From Leucoraja erinacea (lineage: Eukaryota), in assembly GCF_028641065.1 (NCBI RefSeq), contig NC_073408.1:1674001-1738000 (forward strand): 64,000 nucleotides of DNA, read 5' to 3'. The notes beneath the pieces are model-generated. The model made no database searches and was not told where the DNA came from. It was given only the letters and a program-made list of their open reading frames with translations. Below, one piece after another: positions 25,096 through 36,995 of the stretch (position 1 is its first letter; each line of letters opens with the position of its first letter). A program made the position numbers and the translations under genes.

Positions 25096-26897
25096 AAAGG
25101 AGGAGCTTGAAATTGATTCGAAAAAGATAAAGCTTTTTTTTTAAAGTGGAAAGCTAAAATAACATGCAATTGAAAATGCATTATTCTTCACCAGGTGTTG
25201 CACCAGTTGCCATCCACAATTCGATTTCAATATATTTGGTAAGTTTTTGCAGCAACTAAAGACCTGGTGTATAGTATCCAATTTTGGGACTTCAGGGAGA
25301 ATGAGGTGAAAGTTTAGCAGAGATTGATTCAATTGGTCCAAAGACCAAACGTCTCGTGAAGATACGTTTATCAGTGATAGGAGCAGAATTAGGCCATTCG
25401 GCCCATCATATTTACTCCACTATTCAATCGTGCCTGGTCTATCTTCCCCTATTAACCCCATAACCCCGAACACCCGTACTAATCAATAATCTATCTCTCT
25501 GCCTTAAAAGTATCCATCGACTTGGCTTTCGCAGCCTTCTGTAGCAATGAATTCAAGAGATTCACCACCCTCTGACTAAAGAAATTCCTCCTCATCTCCT
25601 TCCTGAAGGAACTTAGTTTTATTTTGAGGCTATCACCTCTGATCCTAGACTCTCCCGCTAGTGGAAACATCCTCTCTATCCAGGCCAAGTAATCCTCCTC
25701 AAAGCAGAGAAAGCTAAAGATATTGAATTTAAAATCATGTAGAAATTGGAAAGCGTAGAAATTCTGTCCTCATTAATCAGAGAGTATTGAGATTCAAAGT
25801 GATTTCATGGACTAAGAAGCGAGATAAAAAATGTTGGAGAAACTCAGTGGGTGAGGCAGCATCTATGGAGCGAAGGAAATGGGCAACGTTTCGGGTCGAA
25901 ACCCTTCTTCTGACTGATTTTCCAGCATCTGCAGTACCTTCTTAAACAACTCGTGGTCTAAGAACATGTTTTTTTCACATAAAGGGTGGTGGATGTATGG
26001 AACAAGCTGACAGAGGAGGTTGTTGAGGCAGGGACTATCCCAGCATTTAAGAAGCAGTTAGACAGGTACATGAATAGGACAGGTTTGGAGGGATATGGAC
26101 CAAGCGCAGGCAGGTGGGACGAGTGAAGCAGGGACATGTTGGCCAGTGTAGGCAAGTTGGGCCGAAGGGCCTGTTTCCACCCTGTATCACTTTATGACTG
26201 TGACTCTAACATGGTATTTGTTAAAGAGGAATGCTGTACTCTGGGCACCAGTCAAGTTGATGGGATGAGAAACAAAGCTGACAATCTAACCACAACGGTA
26301 GATGCTCGACTCGGGTGTGGTTAATACTGCTGCCTCTGCATTTCTTGATATGAAATTGAACCTACAGCTTACAGATATCACTCAGTGTAATATTGAACAC
26401 AGAAACCGAGCAGTGAGCAGAAGAGTGCATCTGGACTTTGGAATGTCCCTGACTTTCATGATCCAACCACTGACAGCTTATCTTCAGTCATTCAGACCAC
26501 AAGCCCTGATGTTTCCCGTCAAACCTCCCTGGCTCTATACCGCATCCTCCGTCAGCTGACCGCTACTCTAACCATCGAATGCAGCTCGTTTGATTTTGGT
26601 TGAAAATATTTCTGCGTTCAGTCCAGGAATATTTTACAGCATTACAAATGTTACATGAAGATGAGCTATTGGTAGTTAAGATTGTTGTTTGAGAGAAATT
26701 CTGATAATGCAAAGGTGAACATGGAAAAGATTTATTGAAGAGCAGAATTGGGGCTAGTAATTTTAAGATGGTAGCTAATAAATCCAGAATTTGGGAGAGG
26801 TGAATTAATAAATACAGTCAGGAAAGGAGAATGGTGCGGATAACATAGGCTTGGATGTAAACGGGGCTGCAGAAATTGAATCTGGTGGGTAAAGGGG

Positions 26898-27241
26898 AGC
26901 TAGATGCAGGAAGATTGTTCCCGATGTTGGGGAAGTCCAGGACAAGGGGTCAAAACTTAAGGATAAGGGGGAAATCCTTTAAAACCGAGATGAGAAGAAC
27001 TTTTTTCACACAGAGAGTGGTGAATCTCTGGAACTCTCTGCCGCAGAGGGTAGTTGAGGCCAGTTCATTGGCTATATTTAAGAGGGAGTTAGGTGGCCCT
27101 TGTGGCCAAGGGGATCAGGGGGTATGGAGAGAAGGCAGGTACGGGATACTGAGTTGGATGATCAGCCATGATCATATTGAATGGCGGTGCAGGCTCGAAG
27201 GGCCGAATGGCCTACTCCTGCACCTAATTTCTATGTTTCTA
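26898..27241 (+). mobile_element. CR1 3' fragment
   Basis: LDAGRLFPMLGKSRTRGQNLRIRGKSFKTEMRRTFFTQRVVNLWNSLP + 3'UTR. Confidence 0.9.
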
Positions 27242-28013
27242 GAGGATTAAATAAGGGGGGATGGGGTAAATGGGAACTGCTGTGATGGGAGGATCACATG
27301 GGTGATGGGTAGATTGGGTGGGTGGGGAAGAAGCCCTCTCCAGCAGTTTGTTTCTTAAAGTGTGGTGACCAGAACTACATGCAGGACCTACATCCAACTG
27401 AGCTCTGACCACTGTTTTAAAAAGTCACATCATAACCCTCATGTTCTTGTCCTCACCAACAAAGACCAATATCCCAAATGCCTTCTTAACCATGTTATCT
27501 ACTGCATTGTGACCTTCAACGTTCTTCGGACTTGTATATCAAGTTACCTCTGTTCCTTACCACTAGTTAGGGCCTTACTTTTCACGGTGCCTATCCCAGT
27601 CTCATTAATATCTCCAAATGCATCACCCCACATTAACCAGAATTAAACTCTATTTGTGATTTCACCAGCACATCAATATCATTCTGTAGTCCAAGATATT
27701 CATGCTGTCAATGACTCCACCGATCGTTGTCTCTTGTTTATACTTATAGATGGGTCCATTTCCCACCCCAACAGTATCCCACACAGAACACCTGTTTGAG
27801 AGGGAAATGCACCGCCTGCCCTGTCCTGCCCTGCCTAGTGGTCACCCATTTCCTCACTTTCTGAGCTTGCAATGCACAAAGCTACTCGATGTACTATCAA
27901 CCACATTAACGCATCTCAGACACTTTTTTGTGAGTCCAACTGCACCATCCAGTCTGACAGGAGTTGCAACTGTTCACCTTACCTGCCAATCCAGTCACCA
28001 TGGACATTAGATT

Positions 28014-28359
28014 TGTTTAAGAAGGAACAGCAGATGCTGGAAAAATCTAAGGTAGATAAAATGCTGGAGCAACTCAGCATCTAAGGTGTTTCAGAGGGAA
28101 CTGAAGAAGGGTTTCGGCCCGAAACGTTGCCTATTTCCTTCGCTCCATAGATGCTGCTGCACCCGCTGAGTTTCTCCAGCTTTTTTGTGTAACCTCAGCA
28201 TCTAAGGAATAGGTTACGTTTCTGGTCGAGACCCTTCTTCAATCTGAAGAAGGGCGACGTTTCTGGTCTGAAGAAGGGTCTAGACCCGAAACGTCACCTA
28301 TTCCTTCGCGCCATAGATGCTGCCTCACCCGCTGAGTTTCTCCAGCATTTGTATCTACC
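28014..28359 (-). mobile_element. Fold-back element with a second family member nested inside (28087-28193)
   Basis: Outer TSD ATGGACATTAGATT (28000-28013 / 28360-28373); inner TSD CTCAGCATCTAAGG (28073-28086 / 28194-28207). Confidence 0.88.
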
Positions 28360-28652
28360 ATGGACATTAGATTCATTCCTTATCCCTCTCATCCTGCAGA
28401 GGGAGCATGACACTGCTATAGTTTCCATTGTTGAAACCAATTAGGAAAGAGAAAAAAAAACCTCTTCCCTGATCACTATTTGCTCTTGTCACCAATGCCC
28501 ACGCGGTGACCTGAATAACAGCAGGTTACAATCAGTGCAAGTTCATATCAATCTCGTCCTCCAATTTAAGTTTCTTTACCACAGATGAGTCATTGCACAT
28601 TCTGGCAACTTCAATAATGTTCATGATGCACAAGTGAGATTACTGTTCAAAA

Positions 28653-28823
28653 TGTTTAAGAAGGAACTGCAGATGCTGGAAAAATCGAAGGTTGATAAAA
28701 ATGCTGGCGAACTTCAGCGGGTGAGGCAGCATCTATGGAGCGAAGGACTAGGTGACATCACCGATTCCTTCGCTCCATAGATGCTGCCTCACCCGCTGAG
28801 TTTCTCCAGCATTTTTGTCTACC
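28653..28823 (-). mobile_element. Fold-back element, centre deleted
   Basis: TSD TTACTGTTCAAAA (28640-28652 / 28824-28836); same termini as 9435-9677. Confidence 0.88.
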
Positions 28824-30518
28824 TTACTGTTCAAAATGGTTTATCTTGCATCCAGAACTTTATTGTAATATTAATCTTTGGTACAGATGGTAAACAGATG
28901 CAAATTAAACCATTTCTACCTCGTCTTTCATCTTGATCAGAAACCGCTGAGGTCAGAAAAGGTATCGATTGCAAGGATATTTCCCTCAAAGTCAAGTTTA
29001 TTTTATATAAAGAATCCACTCAAACAAAACTCTTTGAAACCTCGTAAAAAGCGTAAAATGTTATTTCATTTATGTCATTTTCACTCTATTAATTCTATGC
29101 TGCAATTAGGGTTTTTAGGGTGGTTTCTTCACCCATGTTCAAATGCCATTGAGGCAGACACAACTAATCCATCCCAAAGACAGCTCAAGTTACCTTATAC
29201 CTCAAGTGTCCTTCATACTTTGGGCGAATGAGTCATTTTCTGCCTATGCCATCAATCTCCTGAGGGTTGTGGCATAACCAACAAGAACAGATATAGCAAG
29301 CATAGCCTTGTGGTGGAACTACGAACTCCACCTACCTTTGCCATTGCAATAACTACATGGTTGAGACTTGAAAATACTGAGGGTCACTGCAAAGTGAAAT
29401 CTCATAGTGGACCCGACATATAAATACGCTTACTAACGGAGAAGGTACATTGGTTGGGTGCTTATGATGTCTGACACCTATTTCAAAGAGTCACAAGGCA
29501 TGAGTCAGGAGTGCATTGAATACTCTGCCCTTGGCTGGATGAATTCCAGTAAGAAGGAGGGACAAGGATGGCAAAGAAAGGGAACCTTCGAGGACCAAAG
29601 AGGTTTTAAATTTGATCAACAAGGAAAATGAAGTGCGTGCAAGGTTTAAGAGGTTGGAATCAGACAGGGCCATTGATGAATATAATAGAAAATGGAGGAA
29701 AGAACTCGAGCAGGTGATTACAAGGGCCAAAAGGAGCCACAACATGGCTTTGGAGAGTCAATTAAAGAAAATCCCAAAGCTTTTAAATACCTATATCAAA
29801 AACAAGAGAATAACTAGGGAGAATGTAGGACTGCTTGATGATAAAGGAGGGAACTTGTGCCTGGAGTCTGGGGACGGAGACTATATACTAAATTAATACT
29901 TTGCTGTTTTCACCAAGGAGCAAGATATGGAGGACAGATAAATGACTACACATGAATCCAATCAAGCTGTCCACAGTGCACATATAAAGGATAATGGGTA
30001 CACCATTTATTGCAAAGATATAACATTGAAGTTAAATAAATAGTCTGCAGTTCTTCATGCAGGCTGAGACCAAACGTTGGGACCTAGAACACCAAGGAGA
30101 ACAGCTGCTGAATGGGAACACCGTCTGTAACCTGCAGGGGCTGCTCAATTCACATCATCTACTCCCACAACCCTAAAAAACTAAAAGCAAATGCTTTCTT
30201 CAAATGTGTTTCTCTCTCATCATAGCATGAGGGAATGCAAGGCACACTTAAAGCTTAAGTTACAAAAAGCAGGGAAAACTATCCACGCTCTCTCATTGAG
30301 ATACAAAAGACGGCAGATGCTGGAATCCCGAGCCAAAAGTCCAACTGCTGTTGGAACTCAGCAGGGCTGGCAGCATCTTTTGTGGGAAATGAGTCGATGT
30401 TTTTGGTCGAGACTATTCCTCTGGACTGGGATGCGTGTGAGAGGATCTGGTCTTTTGTTCTAGGTTTAGAAATACATTTGTCAATTGCCTTTTGGAAGGG
30501 TTGTCCAAATACCCCAAA

Positions 30519-30746
30519 CTATTTTGACTCACACCCTGACACTTCTATCTGTGCCGTTTCATCGATTTTGGTCTGGACCTCCTTCAACCCTAATTTATAG
30601 AGTCCATTTTCAAATTCTGTGCAGAGGTAGTGATTCTGTGCCAACATAGATTCAAACATTGAATACTGGTCATTGACTCTTCTCTTGTAGAATATGAGGT
30701 TGCATTGCTTTGCATCCACGGTATCTTCCTCCGAAGTTTTCATCTC
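30519..30746 (-). CDS. IL18: IL18 last coding exon
   Basis: attag|GAG; EMKTSEEDTVDAKQCNLIFYKRRVNDQYSMFESMLAQNHYLCTEFENGLYKLGLKE...* carries the IL-1-family FES...YL signature; tail-to-tail with SDHD as in tetrapods. Confidence 0.9.
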   Translation of the reverse strand, partial: EMKTSEEDTVDAKQCNLIFYKRRVNDQYSMFESMLAQNHYLCTEFENGLYKLGLKEVQTKIDETAQIEVSGCESK

Positions 30747-31031
30747 CTAATTAAAAAATATTGCAACAGTTGTCATAAAGCATCCAAGAAAAACTATCCT
30801 GCTTTTTAACAACAAAAAAATGCTTACACAGAGCGAGTGTGTAGGATAGGAAAGCCAAGGAACCAGGTGAACAGAATCCTAAATTAGCAGCACAACAATG
30901 CCAGTCAATAAGGCCATGGAGAGTGCTATGGTAGATTTGAAGGACAGTAAACAGAGATGTAATGTTACATTTTATAGGATGTCATCCCATTGGGGATGTC
31001 AAGTTATGTATTATAGAAAGATATTGAAGCA

Positions 31032-31273
31032 TTTAAGAAGGAACTGCAGATGCTGGAAAATCGAAGGTAGACAAAAGTGCCGGAGAAACTCAGCGAGTGC
31101 AGCAGCATCTATGGAGCGAAGGAAATAGGCAACGTTTCGGGCCGAAACCCGGAAGGGTTTCGGCCCGAAACGTTGCCTATTTCCTTCCGGGTTTCAGGCC
31201 GAAACGTTGCCTATTTCCTTCGCTCCATAGATGCTGCGGCACCCGCTGAGTTTCTCCGGCACTTTTGTCTACC
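31032..31273 (-). mobile_element. Fold-back element in last IL18 intron
   Basis: TSD AAGATATTGAAGCA (31018-31031 / 31275-31288). Confidence 0.88.
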
Positions 31274-32465
31274 TAAGATATTGAAGCACTTGGAAATACC
31301 CAAGTCTCATACTCGACGGATATGTTGGTGAATGGAAATGTTATGCAGTGGTCATGTCCCTAATATATGAATGACTTTGACGTAAATGCAAGAGCCATCA
31401 TTAAGAAAGTTTGCAGATGATAAAGATCAGTACCTGTAGCATGTTTAAGAAGGAACTGCAGATGCTGGAAAATCGAAGGCAGACATAAAATGCTGGAGAG
31501 ACTCAGCGGGTGAGGCAGCATCTATGGAGCGAAGGAAATAGGCAACGTTTCGGGTCAAGCCATTTCTTCAGATCAGTAGCATAGTTGATAGTGAGATTGA
31601 AGTTTGGAAAGTGACAAGCGAAACTGAACGGAGCGAGTGCGAGGGAAAATAACAGCGTATTGCAACAACTTGGCTTTCAAAGTGTAGATTGTAACTCACA
31701 GGATGTTAAATATGGACCCATATCCCCACTCTTTAAATAAGCACAAGTCCATAGACTGGAGAACTTTACATTAGGTCACGTGGGTGAACAATTTGGACGT
31801 AAAAAGATTTGGAAAGTACCGCTGTAATGTATTCATGTGCAAGTGTATAGTACTTTATAAAACTGATTGTACTGATTGTGGTTTGTTGGGAGTATGCCAA
31901 GTTCAATAAAGAATACTTGTTGCCCGCTTCAATGGTTGCCGAGATAAACAATAAAACAAAACAAGCTCTATTACACGCTCTAGGAATTAAGGAGGAACAA
32001 AGGCATCGAACTAAGGCAAAGGTGATGGATGAAGATAACGATGCAGGTAGATAAATAGGTCAAGGTGGCATGTGAGTGAGCTACAACATGCAACATACAA
32101 CAAAGGCAGAGAATGCATACCAGAAATATTTATATAAAACTTTACTAAGTCACAGATGAAGGTCTGAATACAATGTAATTGACGATGCTACAGAGAGGAA
32201 GTCATAGCACTGTAGAGATTACAGAGATGTACACGTTCTTTGTCAACACTGCGATAGTGAATCGGAGACAACCCAGGGTAGATTTTATCAAGATGCACAA
32301 AACCATGGGGGAGTTTCCATGGCAAAGAGATCAACAACTGCAGGACCATAGATAAAGGATAACTGGCAGAATGGTGGGAGTGGGGAGAAGGGGATTTAGT
32401 TTGACAGGATTGTTTTTTAACCAAAATATAAACTTTACCTTCAGTTAAAGCGAGTTTGACCTCGT

Positions 32466-32666
32466 GGAAGACAATAACGCTGGAGAAACTCAGTGGGTGA
32501 GGCAGCATCTATGAGGCGAAGACACAGGCGACGTTTCGATGAAAGGGTCCGAAGAAGGGTCTCGACACGAAAAGTCGCCTATTCCTTCGCTCCATAGATG
32601 CTGCCTCAATCCGCTGAGTTTGTCCAGCATTTCTGTCAACCTTCGATTTTTCCTGCATCTTAAACA
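32466..32666 (+). mobile_element. Fold-back element, diverged
   Basis: Inverted arms, ends CTTAAACA; ACCTCGTGGAAGA repeated on both sides. Confidence 0.75.
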
Positions 32667-33785
32667 TCACCTCGTGGAAGAGATGATCTTCAGCCAAGGG
32701 CAGGAATGGGAAAGGATGTGGAAAGACTGAAGCCCTGGTTAATGTGGCTTCTCGTATTGTCAATTATCAACCTCCATGTGCGCTGAATAAATGTTACACT
32801 AAACATGACTGTGATCAATAAATGATTGTAAGCCTCATCAGACCTTCAGGTGTAGGAAGAAACTGGTTTCCACCATTTACACTGAAGATAGACACAAAAT
32901 GCTGGAGTAACTCAGCGGGTCAGGAAGCATCACTGGAAAAAGGGAATAGGTGACCTTCAGATTCTGAAGTCTTCAGTCCCTGAAGAAGAGTCTCGACCTG
33001 AAACATCAACTAGTCCTTTTTTCCAGAGACGCCTCCTGACCCGCTGAGGTACTCCAGCATTGTCTAGTCAAGTCAAGTCAAGTTTATTTGTCACATACAC
33101 ATACGAGATGTGCAGTGAAATGAAAGTGGCAATGCTCGCGGACTTTTGTGCAAAAGACAAACAACAAAACAACCAAACAAATTATAAACACAATCATAAC
33201 ACACATATTCTTTTGCATCTTTTATAATATATTCTATAGTGTGTTGAGTCCTGTTTATTTTTATTGTATGGCTGTATGGGAATTCATTTCACTGTGCCAT
33301 CTGGCACACGTGACAATTACATTTATCTTGTATCTTGTATCTTGTTTACATTGTGTGTCTATCTTCAAGTCTTAAGGTGCAAGATTTCCCCTCTACCTAT
33401 TAGTGCGTCTTGGTTTGCCACCATTGTCTGGACTCTGATACGGAGCGCAGATATGTTGGATATTCTATGTTGGAAAGCATGGTTCAATTTGAAGCTCGTG
33501 GGACAATGCAGTCGCATGCTGCAGATGTGAAAAATGTGATCACCACTACGCAAGTCAATCAGACTGGTCCATACTTGAACACTTGACATTGTTGTCACAG
33601 TCTCCACACAGCCTAACCTGAAGCCATTGAGTGTATTGTATTCCTGCCTTGTAACCCAAAGCTGGTGTTGAAGCAGACCGAGATTTTACAGTGCCTTTGC
33701 AATCTATATCAATGAGAGGATATCGTTTGAGCGATTCTGTTTGCTGTAGAGGAATATGAAGCCACTATATTGGGAGTGCACCTAC

Positions 33786-33937
33786 CAGAAACTCGATAGT
33801 CTTTGCCTTGCTGCATGACATCTGATACTTCATCGAATTGCTTTGGAGAACAAAACTAACTGGACTCAGACAATCGTTGTATATACAATCAGTTTCACAG
33901 TCAGTTGGCTGATAAGAAATGAGGTCGAATACAACAC
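33786..33937 (-). CDS. IL18: IL18 penultimate exon
   Basis: ttctcttttgtag|GT...TTTCTG|gtaggt, 152 nt, phase 1-0; GVVFDLISYQPTDCETDCIYNDCLSPVSFVLQSNSMKYQMSCSKAKTIEFL vs human IFIISMYK...AVTISVK...LSCENKIISFK. Confidence 0.85.
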
Positions 33938-35356
33938 CTACAAAAGAGAATTGAAATGTGTGGCATTAATTAGTCATAGAGTGATACAGTGTGGAAACAG
34001 GCCCCTCGTCCCAACTTGCCCACACTGGCCAACATGTCCCAGCTACCCTTGTCCACCTGCCCGTGTCAGGCCCATATCCCTCCAAACCTGTCCTATCCAT
34101 GTACCTAACTGTTTCATAAACATTGGGATAGTCCCAGTCTCAACAACCTCCTCTAGCAGCTCGTTCCAAACACCCACCGCACTTTGTGTGAAAAAGTTTC
34201 CCCTCAGATTCCTATTAAATCTTTTCCCCTTCACCATAAACTTATGTCCTGTCGCCCTTGATTCACCTACTCTGGGCAAGAGACTCTGTGCATCTACTCT
34301 ATCTATCCCTCCAATGATTTTATACACCGCTATAAGTTGGTGTGTTGAAAATTCTTTAAACACGCCAACTATTTGGTGATTTAACACAAGTGAGTGATGT
34401 TTCAGCTACTGTGTGTAATTTAGATTCTAATTACATGGCACGGACTTATTGGGGTATTGCTATGGGTGAGGGAAGTGTATATAATTAAATTGTTGAAGCT
34501 GTTGGAACAAGTAATATTGTTTATAAAACTAGCATGCATGATCCTTCACTTTGTAAATAAGGGAAGGAAATTGTGCCCATCACTGCCATCCACGAGGGTG
34601 CAAACTGGTCTGTGTGGCAACCTTGTAAATACTCACAGAGAAACACAGAAACATAGACAATAGGTACAGGAGTAGGCCATTCAGCCCTTTGAGACAGCAC
34701 CGCCATTCAGTATGATCATGGCTGATCACCCAAAATCAGTACCCCGTTCCTACTTTTTCTTTATCCCTTGATTCCGTTAGCCCTAAGAGCTAATTCTAAC
34801 ACTTGAAAACATCTAATCAATTGGCCTCCACTGCCTTCTGTGGCAGAGAATTCCACAGATTCACAACTCTCTGTTGAAAACGTTTTCCCTCATCTCAGTC
34901 CTAAATGGCCTACACCTTATTCTTAAACTGTGACCCCCTGGTTCTGGACTCCCCCAACATGGGGTACATTTTTCCAGCATCTAGCCTGTCCAATCCTTTA
35001 AGAATGTTATATGTTTCTATAAGATCCCCTTTCATCCTTCTAAATTCCAGTGATAACAAGCCCAGTCGACCCATTATTTCCTTATACATCTGTCCCGCCA
35101 CCCTGAGAATTAACCAGATGACATTTTGGAGACAGCAATGGCATGTGCACAAGAATCATCTGTCAGAACATCACATTTGAGGCAGATGATGCTATCACAT
35201 AATGTTAGTGTCACTCTAGGATCCCACTCAAGTCAGCCAGCTGGTCACCTGCAAACAAGCGCGAGGGATTTCCCCAACCACTAAAGGGAGCTAAAGGGTT
35301 GTTAAAGCTCACTGAAAGGTTATTTTCTGGGTTTATTCCTTCTGGTTTTTATTAGT

Positions 35357-35668
35357 GGGAGCGGCACGGTGGCGCAGCAGGTAGAGCTGCTGCCTTACAG
35401 TGCCAGAGACCCAGATACCGATCCTGACCACAGGTACCATCTGTACGGAGTTTGTACCATCTCCCTGTGACCCTGTGGGTTTTCTCCGGGTGCTCCGGAT
35501 ACCTCCCACATTCCAAAGACGTCTGTAGGTCGATTGGCTTCGGTAAAAATAAAAAATAAAAATTGTCTCTAGTGTGTAGGATAGTGTTAATGGCCAGGGT
35601 AATGGCTGGTCGGCATGGACTCGGTGGGCCTTAGGGCCTGTTCCCACGCTGTATCTCTAAAGTCTAAA
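35357..35668 (+). mobile_element. tRNA-derived V-SINE (HE1-like)
   Basis: Head GCGGCACGGTGGCGCAGCAGGTAGAG (A box), central GGGTTTTCTCCGGGTGCTCCGG..CCTCCCACA.TCCAAAGACG domain, tail GGGCCTGTT..CGCTGTATCTCTAAA. Confidence 0.85.
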
Positions 35669-36968
35669 AGTAAACATGGTCACAGTCATTTTAATAGTTA
35701 CGTCAATTCTCAAAAGTTTACAGGATGTGGTGTGATGGGCATTGAAGTAGACGTCACCGTTGGCAGAAGCCTAACGTGCCCAAGCTGAGTAGCCCGGTAA
35801 CCTTTATTAACTGTGCTGTAATCAACCAGCAGCATTTAGAAAGAGAAACATTCAGTGTTTGAAATATATGCAATTTCATCTGAAGGCCTCAAGCTGATAC
35901 ATTAGTTCTGTGTCCCCTGCTGGCTGAATATATTCAAATTTCATTTCAGATTTTAAAAATCTGCATTTTTAATTTTTTGCTTCCAGACATTGGTTCACTG
36001 GTATAATTCCCCTCGCCAAACATACATAACTATCAATATTTTGTCATGTCCCCGTTTCGCTAAAAAGGTTGTTATAGGAATCCTACAACTCCTGCAATCC
36101 AAAACTCCAATTTCGGAATAAAAGATCTTTGAAGCAGCAGGTGACAAGAAACCATTGCCACTGCTTAATAAGGTCAGGACAAAGTATTGTAGTTGATAGA
36201 CTTGTTGGTGTGGAGTTAGAAGCCACTTCTACAGGTAGGCAGTACATTTGGAAACTGATGCAAGGTCAAACTTCATATATCGGAGGATGAATTTGATTAA
36301 CCTGTGGTGTTAAAGATCATGGAGTGTATGGACTTGTATCCCTGACCATCCACAATATCTATGAATGTAAATGAAATAGCTTTGGCCTGCTTCCATGTTT
36401 CTTTGTGGTTCCCACTGTCTACAAAGGTGACCATTGCTTTGAACCAATGTTCATTAGAGATACAGCGCGGAAACAGGCCCTTCGGCCCAACGGGTCCGTG
36501 CCAACCAGCGATCCCCGTAAAATAAATTTTAGTAAAGGAACTTAATAAAGTTCCTTTTGATAGGCTGATCCACAAGATTCATATGCATTATTATGCGATA
36601 GTTTGACTTCAGAACTGGTTTACCCTCAGATGACAGAGGGGAGTAGTGGAACGCTACCATCTTGACTAGAAGCCTATGACTAGACGTGTTCCACAGGGAT
36701 CTGTGCTGGGACCTCTGCTGTGTGCACTATATATGAATGAATTAGATATAAATGTGGGTGGGTTGGTTAGTTGCAGATGAGACCAAAATTTGTGAAATTG
36801 TGGAGGGTGAGGAAGATTGTCAAAATAATTAGTTACAGATTTAAACAGATCGGTTACCCAGTTAAAAGGAACATCTTAAATGTTAGAAGAAAGCTCTTCA
36901 TCACTGGAGATCCAGCACAGATTGTACAATTGTAACTTGTATATAGATACAAACAGTTCAAATCTTAC

Positions 36969-36995
36969 CGCTCTTTGAGTTGTCAATCCTCTTTG
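36969..36995 (-). CDS. IL18: Candidate additional IL18 27-nt microexon (AKRIDNSKS)
   Basis: Strong acceptor ttttttttattttcttcctgtccag and donor G|gtaaga; 27 nt, phase 1-1, stop-free in the IL18 frame. Confidence 0.6.

Noticed and set aside
33365-33607. 80-aa minus-strand ORF in IL18 intron (also 36297-36575 and 31766-31951)
   Set aside because: No homology recognised and not needed for a complete IL18 frame.
33786-33908. Internal acceptor ttatcag|CCA for the IL18 penultimate exon
   Set aside because: In the required phase 1 it hits TGA at once; the acceptor at 33937 restores frame and homology.
35357-35430. tRNA gene
   Set aside because: tRNA-like head is fused to V-domain and LINE-type tail, so it is a SINE; the B box is degenerate.
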